DNA from: an uncultured Gemmatimonadales bacterium
Lineage (GTDB): Bacteria; Gemmatimonadota; Gemmatimonadetes; Longimicrobiales; RSA9
NCBI GenBank assembly: GCA_963783305.1
Contig: CAWAMW010000007.1
Span: 256,001 to 320,000 of the forward strand
DNA length: 64,000 bases
Direction of reading: 5' to 3'
Part shown: positions 29,598-38,603 of the stretch, piece after piece
How the letters are laid out: each line of letters starts with the position of its first letter
How positions within the stretch are numbered: the stretch's first letter is position 1
Notes under the pieces: model-generated
The model's input: only the letters and a program-made list of their open reading frames with translations
Told to the model about the DNA's origin: nothing
The model's database searches: none
Made by a program: the position numbers and the translations under genes

Positions 29598-30599
29598 ATG
29601 AGCAATCCGTTCGCCCGCCTGTTCCCCGGCCTGACCGGCCGCAGGGGCGCCATCGAGTCCATCGAGCCCCAGCGGACGTTCCGGGACGTTATCGTGCCGG
29701 CGCGCACGCGGCGGATGCTGGACGAGGCTCTGACCCAGGTCTACAGCTACGACCTGATCTTCGAGGATTGGGGGCTGGGTCAGCGGCACCCGACCGGTAC
29801 GGCGTTGGCGTTCAACTTCGCCGGCCCATCGGGGACGGGGAAGACGATCTGTGCCGAGGCGATCGCGCACCATCTGGGCAAACGGCTGCTGCTGGTGCGG
29901 TACGCCGAGCTGGAGTCCATGTGGTTCGGCGAGACACCCAAGAACGTCGCGGCGATCTTTCGCCTGGCACAGGAAGAGGACGCGGTGCTTTTCTTCGACG
30001 AGGCGGACGGGATCGCGGGCCGTCGCTCGACGGACGTGTCCCGCGGGATGCAGCGGGAGATGAACACGACGGTCAACGTCATGCTCCAGGAGCTGGAGCG
30101 CTACGACGGGGTGGTGATCTTCGCGACGAACCTGGCGGCGAACTTCGACCCGGCCTTCGAGCGTCGGATCCGGACCCACGTCCTCTTCCAGTTGCCGGAC
30201 CGGGAGGAGCGGGAGGAGATCTGGCGCGTGCAGCTGCATGATCGCACCCCACTGGCCGACGACGTCGACTTCGACGCGCTGGCCGAGGCCTACGCCGTGA
30301 GCGGGGGTGACATCCGCAATGCGGTGCTCAAGGCCGCCCTCTCGGCCGCCGCCGCGGAGGGGCCGGACGCCGAGAAGCGGATCCACCAGCGACACTTCAT
30401 CGACGGCATGGAAGAGGTCGTCCGGGCGAAGACCGTCATGAGCCAGTCGCTCATCGAGCCCTCGGAGGGGCCCTACGACGCGGCGCTGGCGGAGACCCGG
30501 GAGATGCTCGTGCAGATGCGCACCGCGGCCACGGTCGCCGCGGCCACCGCGGGCGTGGCGCTGCTGATCGCGCTGATTGCGCTGATCGTCGCGTTGTAA
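29598..30599 (+). CDS. AAA+ ATPase with C-terminal hydrophobic anchor
   Basis: Walker A GPSGTGKT, Walker B VLFFDEAD, SRH FATNL..FDPAFERR and SGGDIRN; ends VALLIALIALIVAL. Confidence 0.88.
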   Translation: MSNPFARLFPGLTGRRGAIESIEPQRTFRDVIVPARTRRMLDEALTQVYSYDLIFEDWGLGQRHPTGTALAFNFAGPSGTGKTICAEAIAHHLGKRLLLVRYAELESMWFGETPKNVAAIFRLAQEEDAVLFFDEADGIAGRRSTDVSRGMQREMNTTVNVMLQELERYDGVVIFATNLAANFDPAFERRIRTHVLFQLPDREEREEIWRVQLHDRTPLADDVDFDALAEAYAVSGGDIRNAVLKAALSAAAAEGPDAEKRIHQRHFIDGMEEVVRAKTVMSQSLIEPSEGPYDAALAETREMLVQMRTAATVAAATAGVALLIALIALIVAL

Positions 30600-30780
30600 G
30601 TCGCGCTTCCGTCCCGGATCAGCGGACGCGGCTGTCGATCTCCTGCGTTTCGTGGTGCGGAGCGGCTTGCCCACGATCCCCGCATGGTGCTACAGCAGGC
30701 ACGGCCGCACATAAGGCGGAAATGAGGAGTCGCCTCAGCCGGACGATGTTGGCCCGGTGGCCCCCCGCGTATATTCGATC

Positions 30781-31476
30781 ATGAGCACGACCACGATCAC
30801 ATCCGACCTCTGGCCCGACCCCCACCTCCGGGAGCTGGCCCGTGCGGCGCTCGACCTGCTCGGGGACCATCTGAACGTCCGGCACTTCCGGAAGGGGAAC
30901 CTGCTCTGGCGGGAAGGCGACACGTCCGGGATGCTGGTCTCCGTGAGAACAGGACGTGTAAAGATCTATCGCGTGCTGCCCGCGGGCCGCGAGGCGACAC
31001 TGTTCCTGTTCGGTCCCGGTGACATATTCGGCTTCCTGCCCTTCCTGGATGGCCAGCCCTACCCGGCCAACGCGCAGGCCGTGGACGATGTGGAAGCCGA
31101 CGTGATGGCCCGATCCACGCTCCTGGAGGTGCTCTCCGCGCAACCGGAGCTGGCCATGACCCTGCTCGGGCTGCTCGGGAGCAAACTCCGGACTTCCTTC
31201 GACCTGATCCGATCGCTTTCGACTCCCAGTGCCCGGGTACGCGTGGCCCAGGCGCTACTCGACATGATCCCGCCTCCATCCCGGGCCTCCGGCTCCATGA
31301 CCCTCCGCCTCCCCGTCTCGAACTACGAGTTCGCCGGCGCGCTCGGGCTCGTGCCGGAGACGTTTTCCCGGGTGCTTACCGGCCTGGTCCAGGACGGTGT
31401 ACTCGAGCGGACGGGCAACGGCCGCTATCGGATCCTGGACCTGGACGCATTGAAGACCGCTGCCCTCACGGGTTGA
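30781..31476 (+). CDS. Crp/Fnr family transcriptional regulator
   Basis: cNMP domain (LWREGD, GRVKIY, GPGDIFG) and HTH LGLVPETFSRVL. Confidence 0.92.
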   Translation: MSTTTITSDLWPDPHLRELARAALDLLGDHLNVRHFRKGNLLWREGDTSGMLVSVRTGRVKIYRVLPAGREATLFLFGPGDIFGFLPFLDGQPYPANAQAVDDVEADVMARSTLLEVLSAQPELAMTLLGLLGSKLRTSFDLIRSLSTPSARVRVAQALLDMIPPPSRASGSMTLRLPVSNYEFAGALGLVPETFSRVLTGLVQDGVLERTGNGRYRILDLDALKTAALTG

Positions 31477-31606
31477 TTCGAGTCAATGCGGTCGGCCCCG
31501 GCCCTCGCGAACTTCCGGGTGAACGGGCCGACGGAGGCCCGAGGAGCGGGCGCCGGCACGGCCGGCCCACCGCGGCACGAGACTCAAAGGAAAGTGGGGG
31601 AATCCG

Positions 31607-32224
31607 ATGGTGGATCCTAAGGTGTTTCTCGATGCGGGCCTGGAACTGCACGGCCACAAGTGTCCGGCCATGCCCATGGGCCTGCGCTCTGGGGCCATCG
31701 CCATGAACGCGCTGGGCGTGGGGCGCTCCGGCGCCAAGACGCTGCTCGCCCTCGTGGAGCTGGGGGACGACCACTGTGCCCACTGCTTCGGGGACGGCGT
31801 CCAGATGGTCACGGGCTGCACGTTCGGGAAGGGGAATATCAGGAAGCTGGGGTACGGGAAGTTCGGCCTCACACTCGTGGACAAGCGCACCGGTCGTGCG
31901 GTGCGGGTGGTGCCCCGGGGCGAGGCGCAGATGGGGATGAAGCAGACGCCCTTCTTCACGGAGTACCGGATGAAGGGCATCCCGCCCACGGACGTGCCGG
32001 ACGAGGTCGTCGATCCGCTCATCGAGAAGGTCCTTTCGGGGCCCGAGGACGAGATGTTCAAGGTGAGCGAGGTATTCGACCACGACGTGGACGTGAAGGA
32101 AGAGGACTTCACGTCGTTCGTGTGCTCGCACTGCGGGGACATGGTAGTGGAGAGGTACGGCAGGGTGGTCGGGGATGAGAAGGTGTGCATTCCCTGTCAG
32201 GAATCCATGCTGGCCGCCCGGTAG
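31607..32224 (+). CDS. FmdE family protein with C-terminal zinc finger
   Basis: HGHKCPAMPMG, CFGDGVQMVTGCTFGKGN and CSHC...CIPC. Confidence 0.9.
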   Translation: MVDPKVFLDAGLELHGHKCPAMPMGLRSGAIAMNALGVGRSGAKTLLALVELGDDHCAHCFGDGVQMVTGCTFGKGNIRKLGYGKFGLTLVDKRTGRAVRVVPRGEAQMGMKQTPFFTEYRMKGIPPTDVPDEVVDPLIEKVLSGPEDEMFKVSEVFDHDVDVKEEDFTSFVCSHCGDMVVERYGRVVGDEKVCIPCQESMLAAR

Positions 32225-32306
32225 CCTCGACACCGGAGACCGCCCCCGTTTCGCGGCGCGGTAGCAGCGCGCCCGGGCCGGCTCCGGACACCCACTGGAG
32301 AGCATC

Positions 32307-33065
32307 ATGTTCCTGTATGTCGGTGTTTCCGGCGTGATCCTGCTGGCTTCCTTCCTCTTCGCCATGCTGGGGCTGGGGGGTGGGATGGTCTACGTTCCCG
32401 TCCTCACCTGGGCCGGGTTCCCCGTGAAGGAAGTGGCCATCCCTCTGGGGCTGCTCCTGAACGGCCTCAACACGCTGCTGGCCCTGATCCCGTTCGCGCG
32501 GAAGCGGCTCGTGGACTGGAAAGGTGGTCTGGCCATGGCCGCGGCCGCCTTCCTCATGGCGCCGCTGGGCGCATGGACGGGCCAGTTCGTGCCGGTACGG
32601 ACCCTCCTCGCCCTCTTCGCGACTGCGGTGCTGGCCGCCGCGGTGCGGATGGCCCTGTTCGCGCGGCAGCCGGAGCCGGAGCGGATCATGCCGCTCGGCC
32701 GGCGTTCGGTCATCGGCGCCTTCGTCGGGGCGTTCGCGGGCTTCATGGGTGGGATGCTGGGGCTGGGCGGCGGGTTCATCATCGCCCCGATCCTCATGTG
32801 GATGGGCTACCGTACGAAGGAAGCGGCGGCGACGACGGCGTTCGTCGTCACGTTCTCATCGCTGTCGGGATACCTCGGGCACGTGGCGCAGGGTCACATG
32901 AACTGGCCGCTCACGGTGACGGTCGTCGCGGCCGTGGCCGTCGGCTCACAGCTGGGCGCCTCCTTCATGTCTGGCCGGGCCAAGGCGCGCTGGGTGAAGC
33001 AGCTCTACGCCGCGGTGCTCCTGGCCATTGCCGTGAAACTGATCGTCCAGGCGCTGGCGGGATGA
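32307..33065 (+). CDS. Sulfite exporter TauE/SafE family
   Basis: Duplicated GLGGG..VP/IAP motifs; multi-TM. Confidence 0.9.
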   Translation: MFLYVGVSGVILLASFLFAMLGLGGGMVYVPVLTWAGFPVKEVAIPLGLLLNGLNTLLALIPFARKRLVDWKGGLAMAAAAFLMAPLGAWTGQFVPVRTLLALFATAVLAAAVRMALFARQPEPERIMPLGRRSVIGAFVGAFAGFMGGMLGLGGGFIIAPILMWMGYRTKEAAATTAFVVTFSSLSGYLGHVAQGHMNWPLTVTVVAAVAVGSQLGASFMSGRAKARWVKQLYAAVLLAIAVKLIVQALAG

Positions 33066-33267
33066 GCGGTCACGCGCTGCCCGTCCGCCCGGCACGCGCT
33101 GCACGGCTACACGCAACTCCGATACGGGCACACGGACGCGTCGGATCGCCAGGCGCTTTTCCATTTCTGGCGCTCGAGGCCGTCTCACCCGCATCCCCGT
33201 TTCGCTGCGCGCTCCGGACGCGGGTTCAGCGGTCGACCTGCGTCATTTCGCTTGGAAGCGGGTGGAT

Positions 33268-34950
33268 CTACGTCGTCGGTCTGTGGGCCGCGATAGTAAT
33301 CATCTCATCCGCCTGGCCGTCCATGGCCTTGCTTCGGCCGTAGACGTCGTGGTGGAAGCGGACCGTGCCGTCCTCCTGGGCCCAGGCGGTGAAGTAGAGG
33401 AGGTAGACGGGGAGGGGTCGGTCGAGCTTGATCCACTGTTCCTCGCCCGTGGCGAGAATGGCGTCGAGGGAGTCGGGGTCGCGGTCGGACTGGAGCTGGA
33501 GGAGCATCCTGGCGAAATCGCGGGGGCGCTCGAGGCGAACGCAGCCGCTGCTGAACGCCCGCTCGTTGCGGGAAAAGAGGTGGCCGTCGGGAGTGTCGTG
33601 GAGGTAGACGTCGAAATCGTTGGGGAATATGAACTTGTAGCGTCCCAGTGAGTTCCGCGGGCCCGGCCGCTGCCGTACCCGTCCGTCCACCATCTCCATG
33701 TCGTGCCGGGCCAGGTACGTGGGATCCTGCGCCATGCCCGGCCGGATGGTGCGGTCCATGATCCCGTCGGGCACGTTCCAGTACGGGTTGACGACCACGT
33801 AGCGTATGGAGTCGGAGAAGATGGGCGTCTGGAGGCTCAGCTGGCCCACCACGACGTCCATGGACTCGATGATGCGCCCGTCGTCGACCACCTCCAGCTC
33901 GAAGCCGGCGATATTGACGATCACGTAGCGGTCCCCGAGGCGGTCTGGCAGCCAGCGCCAGCGGTCGAGGTTGAGGCGAAGGTCTGCGATGCGGTCCGCG
34001 ATGGTGTAGTTCAGTTCTCGGGCGGTAGCCCCGCCCACCGCGCCATCGGGCGTGATGGCGTGCCGGTCCTGGAACCGCGCGACGGCCCGGGCCAGGTCGG
34101 CGTCGAAGAGGGATGGGTCGGCGGCGCCCGCGCGGGCGAGCTCCGCTTCCTGGATATTGACACCGTCCACCAGACGTCGCCGGAGCTGCACCACCGCGTC
34201 GGCGCGCCCGCCCTCCTGGAGCGTGGAGTCGGCGTGGACCTGCGGCCAGTCGCCACGTGCTTCCGCTTCGTGATAGCCGAGCAGCACCTTCCGCATCCGG
34301 TCGTAATGGGGAATGGTCGGGCGCAGCATCGCCACGATGTCCGCCGGCGCCTCGCCGGCCAGGACCCGGTCGAGGATGGCGTCGGCTGGCGCCCGGTCCT
34401 TGACGATCCGATAGTCGAGCCCTGCCTCCTCCGGGTCGAGCATGCCGGCCACCAGGTCGCGGGCCATCCGGTTGAACCCTTCCGTCAGGAGTACGTCGAG
34501 GTCGGTGAGGGTGCGGATGACCATGGTGTCGGACAGGGCCGTGTCGCCCGTCCTCTCGAGTCGGGCGATCCGATCGACGGCGATGTCGTGTCGATAACGG
34601 ACGGGTGGCAGGCCGTCGTCGATGGCCGCTCCCACGGCCTGGTGCACGGCGATCCCCTTCTCGAGCAGCCCCTTCCGCCCGGTCCACGCCGGCTTCCCGG
34701 CGCGCCCGTGGTAGAACGCCAGCGTCGCCGCAGAGATATACAGAGTATCGCCGTCGCTCAGGCGGAGGACGGAATCCCCGGATACCGAGGCCAGGAGCTC
34801 GGCGACGGCGCTGGTGCGCAGCGTCTTGAGGTCCCTGTCCTCGCCGCATGCCGCGGCGAGGAGACCGGCGGCCAGGACCACCGTCAGGATCGGCGCGCGG
34901 GAGCGGTGCCGCACGGGTGCGGTGACTGGTCGCGAGGTGGGGCAGTGCAT
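33268..34950 (-). CDS. L,D-transpeptidase, YcbB/LdtD-like, with peptidoglycan-binding domain
   Basis: AVARFQDRHAITPDGAVG, NLDRWRWLP, VVNPYWNVP and YLHDTP..RAFSSGCVRL; start uncertain. Confidence 0.9.
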   Translation of the reverse strand: MHCPTSRPVTAPVRHRSRAPILTVVLAAGLLAAACGEDRDLKTLRTSAVAELLASVSGDSVLRLSDGDTLYISAATLAFYHGRAGKPAWTGRKGLLEKGIAVHQAVGAAIDDGLPPVRYRHDIAVDRIARLERTGDTALSDTMVIRTLTDLDVLLTEGFNRMARDLVAGMLDPEEAGLDYRIVKDRAPADAILDRVLAGEAPADIVAMLRPTIPHYDRMRKVLLGYHEAEARGDWPQVHADSTLQEGGRADAVVQLRRRLVDGVNIQEAELARAGAADPSLFDADLARAVARFQDRHAITPDGAVGGATARELNYTIADRIADLRLNLDRWRWLPDRLGDRYVIVNIAGFELEVVDDGRIIESMDVVVGQLSLQTPIFSDSIRYVVVNPYWNVPDGIMDRTIRPGMAQDPTYLARHDMEMVDGRVRQRPGPRNSLGRYKFIFPNDFDVYLHDTPDGHLFSRNERAFSSGCVRLERPRDFARMLLQLQSDRDPDSLDAILATGEEQWIKLDRPLPVYLLYFTAWAQEDGTVRFHHDVYGRSKAMDGQADEMITIAAHRPTT

Positions 34951-35048
34951 GGGATCTCCGTATCGGGGAAGGGTGGGTCGACCCGCAGTGGGAAGGCCGC
35001 GGTTTTCGGCCCGGTCCAGGTCCGGGGTGTCGCTGAGTACGAAGAGGC

Positions 35049-35708
35049 TCATCCTGCGCCGCTCCCCGTGCCTCCGCCTTCAAACCGCCGCATACCGCCC
35101 AGATCTCCCGACGCCGGGGCCATCATTCCTCGCAGCGCCGTCAGGTAGGCGTCCGTATCGAACTGACCGGGAGCCACCAGCGCCTGGACCGCGCACCCCT
35201 GGATCCAGCTCACGGCCACGGCGGCCATCCCATCCGCGGTCACTCCAGGCAGCAGGAGCGGGTTCGCCGCGAGCAGCTCCTCCATGATCCGCCGGAACGC
35301 CTCCCGGTATCGATCCAGCTCCTCCACGATCCGAATCCGGATCTCCTCGTGCTGGGCCCCCAGCGCCCAGTACTCCAGGAACAGCCGCGTATACTCCGGC
35401 TGGTGCAGCTGACGCGTAATCTCCTGCTCCAGCAGCGCGTGAAACCGGTCCCGGGCGTGGGGGAATTGGGCGATGTCCTCCGAGATGTGCAGCACCGACG
35501 TGCCGCTCAGCACCCAGTCGAGCAGCTCGTGCACCAGGTTCACCTTCCGCCCGAAATGGAACAGCACCAGCGTATGGCTCACGCCGGCCTCGGCCGCCAC
35601 CGCCCGCACCGTGAGGTGGTTCACGCCCCCCCGGGACGCCACCGCAAAGGCCGCCTCCAGGATCTGCTTGCGCCGCTCTTCTTCCGGTATCCGGTCCCGT
35701 CTCGCCAT
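35049..35708 (-). CDS. TetR/BetI-type transcriptional regulator
   Basis: ERRKQILEAA..LTVRAVAAEAGVSHTLVLFHF. Confidence 0.9.
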   Translation of the reverse strand: MARRDRIPEEERRKQILEAAFAVASRGGVNHLTVRAVAAEAGVSHTLVLFHFGRKVNLVHELLDWVLSGTSVLHISEDIAQFPHARDRFHALLEQEITRQLHQPEYTRLFLEYWALGAQHEEIRIRIVEELDRYREAFRRIMEELLAANPLLLPGVTADGMAAVAVSWIQGCAVQALVAPGQFDTDAYLTALRGMMAPASGDLGGMRRFEGGGTGSGAG

Positions 35709-35779
35709 GCCCCCGCTCTCCTTCCGCCCGGGGCCCCGCGTTCGATCCGGATCGATTTCCCGACCGCGAGGCAATGTAC

Positions 35780-35825
35780 TGACCAAGTGGAAAGTAAAGT
35801 CTATCTTAAACTTTCCGCTTGGTCA
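35780..35825. promoter_or_regulatory. Inverted repeat, putative TetR operator
   Basis: TGACCAAGTGGAAAGT-N14-ACTTTCCGCTTGGTCA, 1 mismatch, in an AT-rich patch upstream of the TetR gene. Confidence 0.6.
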
Positions 35826-36215
35826 ATAGCGCTGGGGTCTTTCTCCTCCCCGTCAGGGGGGTGACGGCGGTCTCACGGGAGCTTCGGAAGCGGCTGGGAG
35901 AGTCAAAGGATGGGGTGCGAGCCAGGTCCAGGGCCGCCGGCCCCGTGAAAAACCGTGACGGAGCAACCGCTCCACCAGCGCTCCGCGAACGTGCAGCTTG
36001 ACGCGTGCGCGTCCGATCCCATATACCTGTTCATCGTCGTTCTCCTCTCCGGTTGTGGCAACAGGCTCGCGTGCACACTCGAGCTTGCCCGCCGCGGGCG
36101 GAGAACGCCACTTCTTTGCTGGGCTCGGCCGTCTCGTCGGGACCACCCGTTGCGGACGCGACGCCCCTGTGATGCCTATCCCTGATCCGACGATTACCCA
36201 CGGCGACCCCCGTGT

Positions 36216-36908
36216 GTGGAGGTACGGTTGACGAGCCCGGTGATCGCGCGGATGGAATCGCGCGTCAGCGCATGGGAGGAAGAGGCCGACCACAAGGCAG
36301 TGTTTCTGAGTTGTTATCTCATGATGACGCGGAACACTCTCGAGGCCATCGATCGGTGCGAGTTCGGCGACTGCGACTGGGTGGCCCGCCTGCTTCACCG
36401 CTTCGCGGACTACTACTTCGACGCGTTGGACGCGTACGAGCAAAGCCCCGAGTCGACCCCCACGGTCTGGCGGCTGGCCCACGACGCAACGCATGGCGGC
36501 CACACCATGCCCGTGCAGAAGCTGCTCGTAGGCGTGAACGCCCACATCAACTACGACCTGGTGCTGACGCTGGTAGACCTGCTGGAGCCCGAGTGGGACA
36601 CTCTTTCGGCCGCCCGCCGGAGCGCTCGATATGCGGACCACTGCCACGTCAACGATGTCATTGGACGCACCATCGACGCCGTGCAGGACGAGGTACTGGG
36701 CCCGGCCATGCCGGTGATGCGACACGTGGATAGCATGCTCGGCCCCTTCGACGAATACCTCATCTCGCGTCTGATCGCCCGGTGGCGGGAGACCGTGTGG
36801 CAGAACGCCGTGCGCCTGCTTGAAGCCCGGGAGCACGACGAGCGGGCCCGGCTGTTACGAGGGATCGAGGACGAAGCCGTGCGGCTCGGCCACATGCTGG
36901 CCATGTGA
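36216..36908 (+). CDS. DUF5995-like hypothetical protein
   Basis: AVFLSCYLMMT, FADYYFDA and LLVGVNAHINYDL; start uncertain. Confidence 0.7.
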   Translation: MEVRLTSPVIARMESRVSAWEEEADHKAVFLSCYLMMTRNTLEAIDRCEFGDCDWVARLLHRFADYYFDALDAYEQSPESTPTVWRLAHDATHGGHTMPVQKLLVGVNAHINYDLVLTLVDLLEPEWDTLSAARRSARYADHCHVNDVIGRTIDAVQDEVLGPAMPVMRHVDSMLGPFDEYLISRLIARWRETVWQNAVRLLEAREHDERARLLRGIEDEAVRLGHMLAM

Positions 36909-37132
36909 TGGGCCTGCGGGGTCCGTCGTAGATGCGTTGGCAGGGGCGTCACGCTACCCCACCCGCAAACCCGCCTCCCCGTAATCCGGCAGCACCATCT
37001 CGAACATGCAATGGCCGGTCAGGCCACCATGAACGCACGCGATCGTCTGCCGGACTCATCAAGACGAAAGATCCTCGACGGCCAGAAGCAGGCCATCGCC
37101 CGCTCGGGCCAGCGTCGATTCGCCCCAAGTTC

Positions 37133-37966
37133 TTACCGCGTCGAGCCCGTCGCCTCTGCACCCTCCCGCACGGAATCCATGTGCACGTCCATCTGGGGGA
37201 ACGGAATCCCAATGTCGGCGGTGTCGAGCGCCTCCTTGATGCGCTGCGTCAGGCGCTCGCGGACCGCCCAGTAGTCCGGCGTCTCGGCCCAGACCCGAAC
37301 CGCCCAGTCGATGGACGAGGCGCCGAGCTCACTCAGGTACACCTGGGAGGCGGGCTCACCGAGAACACCCTCGATGGACCCGACCACCTCCTCCAGGACG
37401 CTTCGCGTCGTGCGGAGATCGGCGCCGTAATCGGTGCCGACAGCCACGTCCACTCGCCGGATGGGGTGGAAGGTGATGTTCTCGATGGTCGACCCGAACA
37501 CTTCGCTGTTGGGCACGACGAGGCGCCGGTTGTCCGGAGTGTCGAAATGGGTGGAGAAGAGTTCGAGCTCGACCACTTTGCCCGTCACGCCGGCCACGGA
37601 CACCACGTCGCCGATCCGGAAGGGCCGGAAGGTGAGGAGCATGACGCCGGCGGAAAAGTTGGACAGCGTCCCCTGGAAGGCGAGCCCGATGGCGAAGGCG
37701 GCGGCGGCCAGAATCGCAGCGAAGCTGGCCACGGAGATTCCGAAGAGGCTCAGAACGGCCAGACCGCCGAGGACCAGCACGCCGTAGCGGGCGAGGTTGG
37801 CGGCAAAGCGGGTGAGGGTCCGGTCGAGGCGGCTGCGATCGAGGCTGCGCTGCGTAATTTTCCGCGCCCAGCCGGCCGCCCAGATAACGGCGATGAGGAG
37901 GGCGAGTGCCCCCAGCAGGTCCAGCGCGAAGGGTACCAGTCGGCTGTAATCGAACGTCTCGAACAT
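37133..37966 (-). CDS. mscS: Small-conductance mechanosensitive channel
   Basis: IGLAFQGTLSNFSAG, RPFRIGD and IGIPFPQMDVH. Confidence 0.93.
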   Translation of the reverse strand: MFETFDYSRLVPFALDLLGALALLIAVIWAAGWARKITQRSLDRSRLDRTLTRFAANLARYGVLVLGGLAVLSLFGISVASFAAILAAAAFAIGLAFQGTLSNFSAGVMLLTFRPFRIGDVVSVAGVTGKVVELELFSTHFDTPDNRRLVVPNSEVFGSTIENITFHPIRRVDVAVGTDYGADLRTTRSVLEEVVGSIEGVLGEPASQVYLSELGASSIDWAVRVWAETPDYWAVRERLTQRIKEALDTADIGIPFPQMDVHMDSVREGAEATGSTR

Positions 37967-38107
37967 GGCGGAGATCACTTTCCGCCCGCGCCTGGTGTGG
38001 GCGCGCGCGCCTCACGTCCGGACGGGGGGCTGAACAATGGGGGCAAAAAGAGTGGTGGGACCCGCGCCGTACCGCTCGCGGGTGCCCATCACTCCGAGCA
38101 TTGGCGG

Positions 38108-38443
38108 CTATTCAGTGAGGTCGACGGTGTCGGCGCCCTGGGCGGCCCGAGCCACGGCCTCCATCCCGTTGTCGCGGGATGCGGCGGATTTGTAGCTCTG
38201 GCTCTGCCCGATGGTCTGTCGGTTCTTCGAGGTGAGATTGAAGCGGTAGGTGCCGGAGGCGCTGTCGCTCTTCTCGAAGCGGTCGGGGTCGGTGCAGTTC
38301 TGCTGGACGGAGCGGATCCCGTTCTGGGCGCCCGACTTCGCCTTGTAGCCCTCGCTGGACAGGACGTTCTGGCCGTTGGAGGACTTGAGGCGGAACCTGA
38401 ACTCCCCGGCCTTATCCTTGTAGATCTCGAACTTTCCTGCCAT
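38108..38443 (-). CDS. YegP family (DUF1508) protein
   Basis: Duplicated domain MAGKFEIYKDKAGEFRFRLKSSNGQNVLSSEGY / YRFNLTSKNRQTIGQSQSY. Confidence 0.92.
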   Translation of the reverse strand: MAGKFEIYKDKAGEFRFRLKSSNGQNVLSSEGYKAKSGAQNGIRSVQQNCTDPDRFEKSDSASGTYRFNLTSKNRQTIGQSQSYKSAASRDNGMEAVARAAQGADTVDLTE

Positions 38444-38603
38444 CGCACGACTCCCTTCGGTGATGGAATTCTGTGCCTGCGCGGGCCAGCGCCGCCCACG
38501 TACCGGTGGCGCTGGAGTACAGGCCAATCTATGGTGTGCAACCGGGGGATGAAACTCACGCCGGCAGTCAGGCGTGACGTAACCGGAGGAGCACGGAGGC
38601 GAG

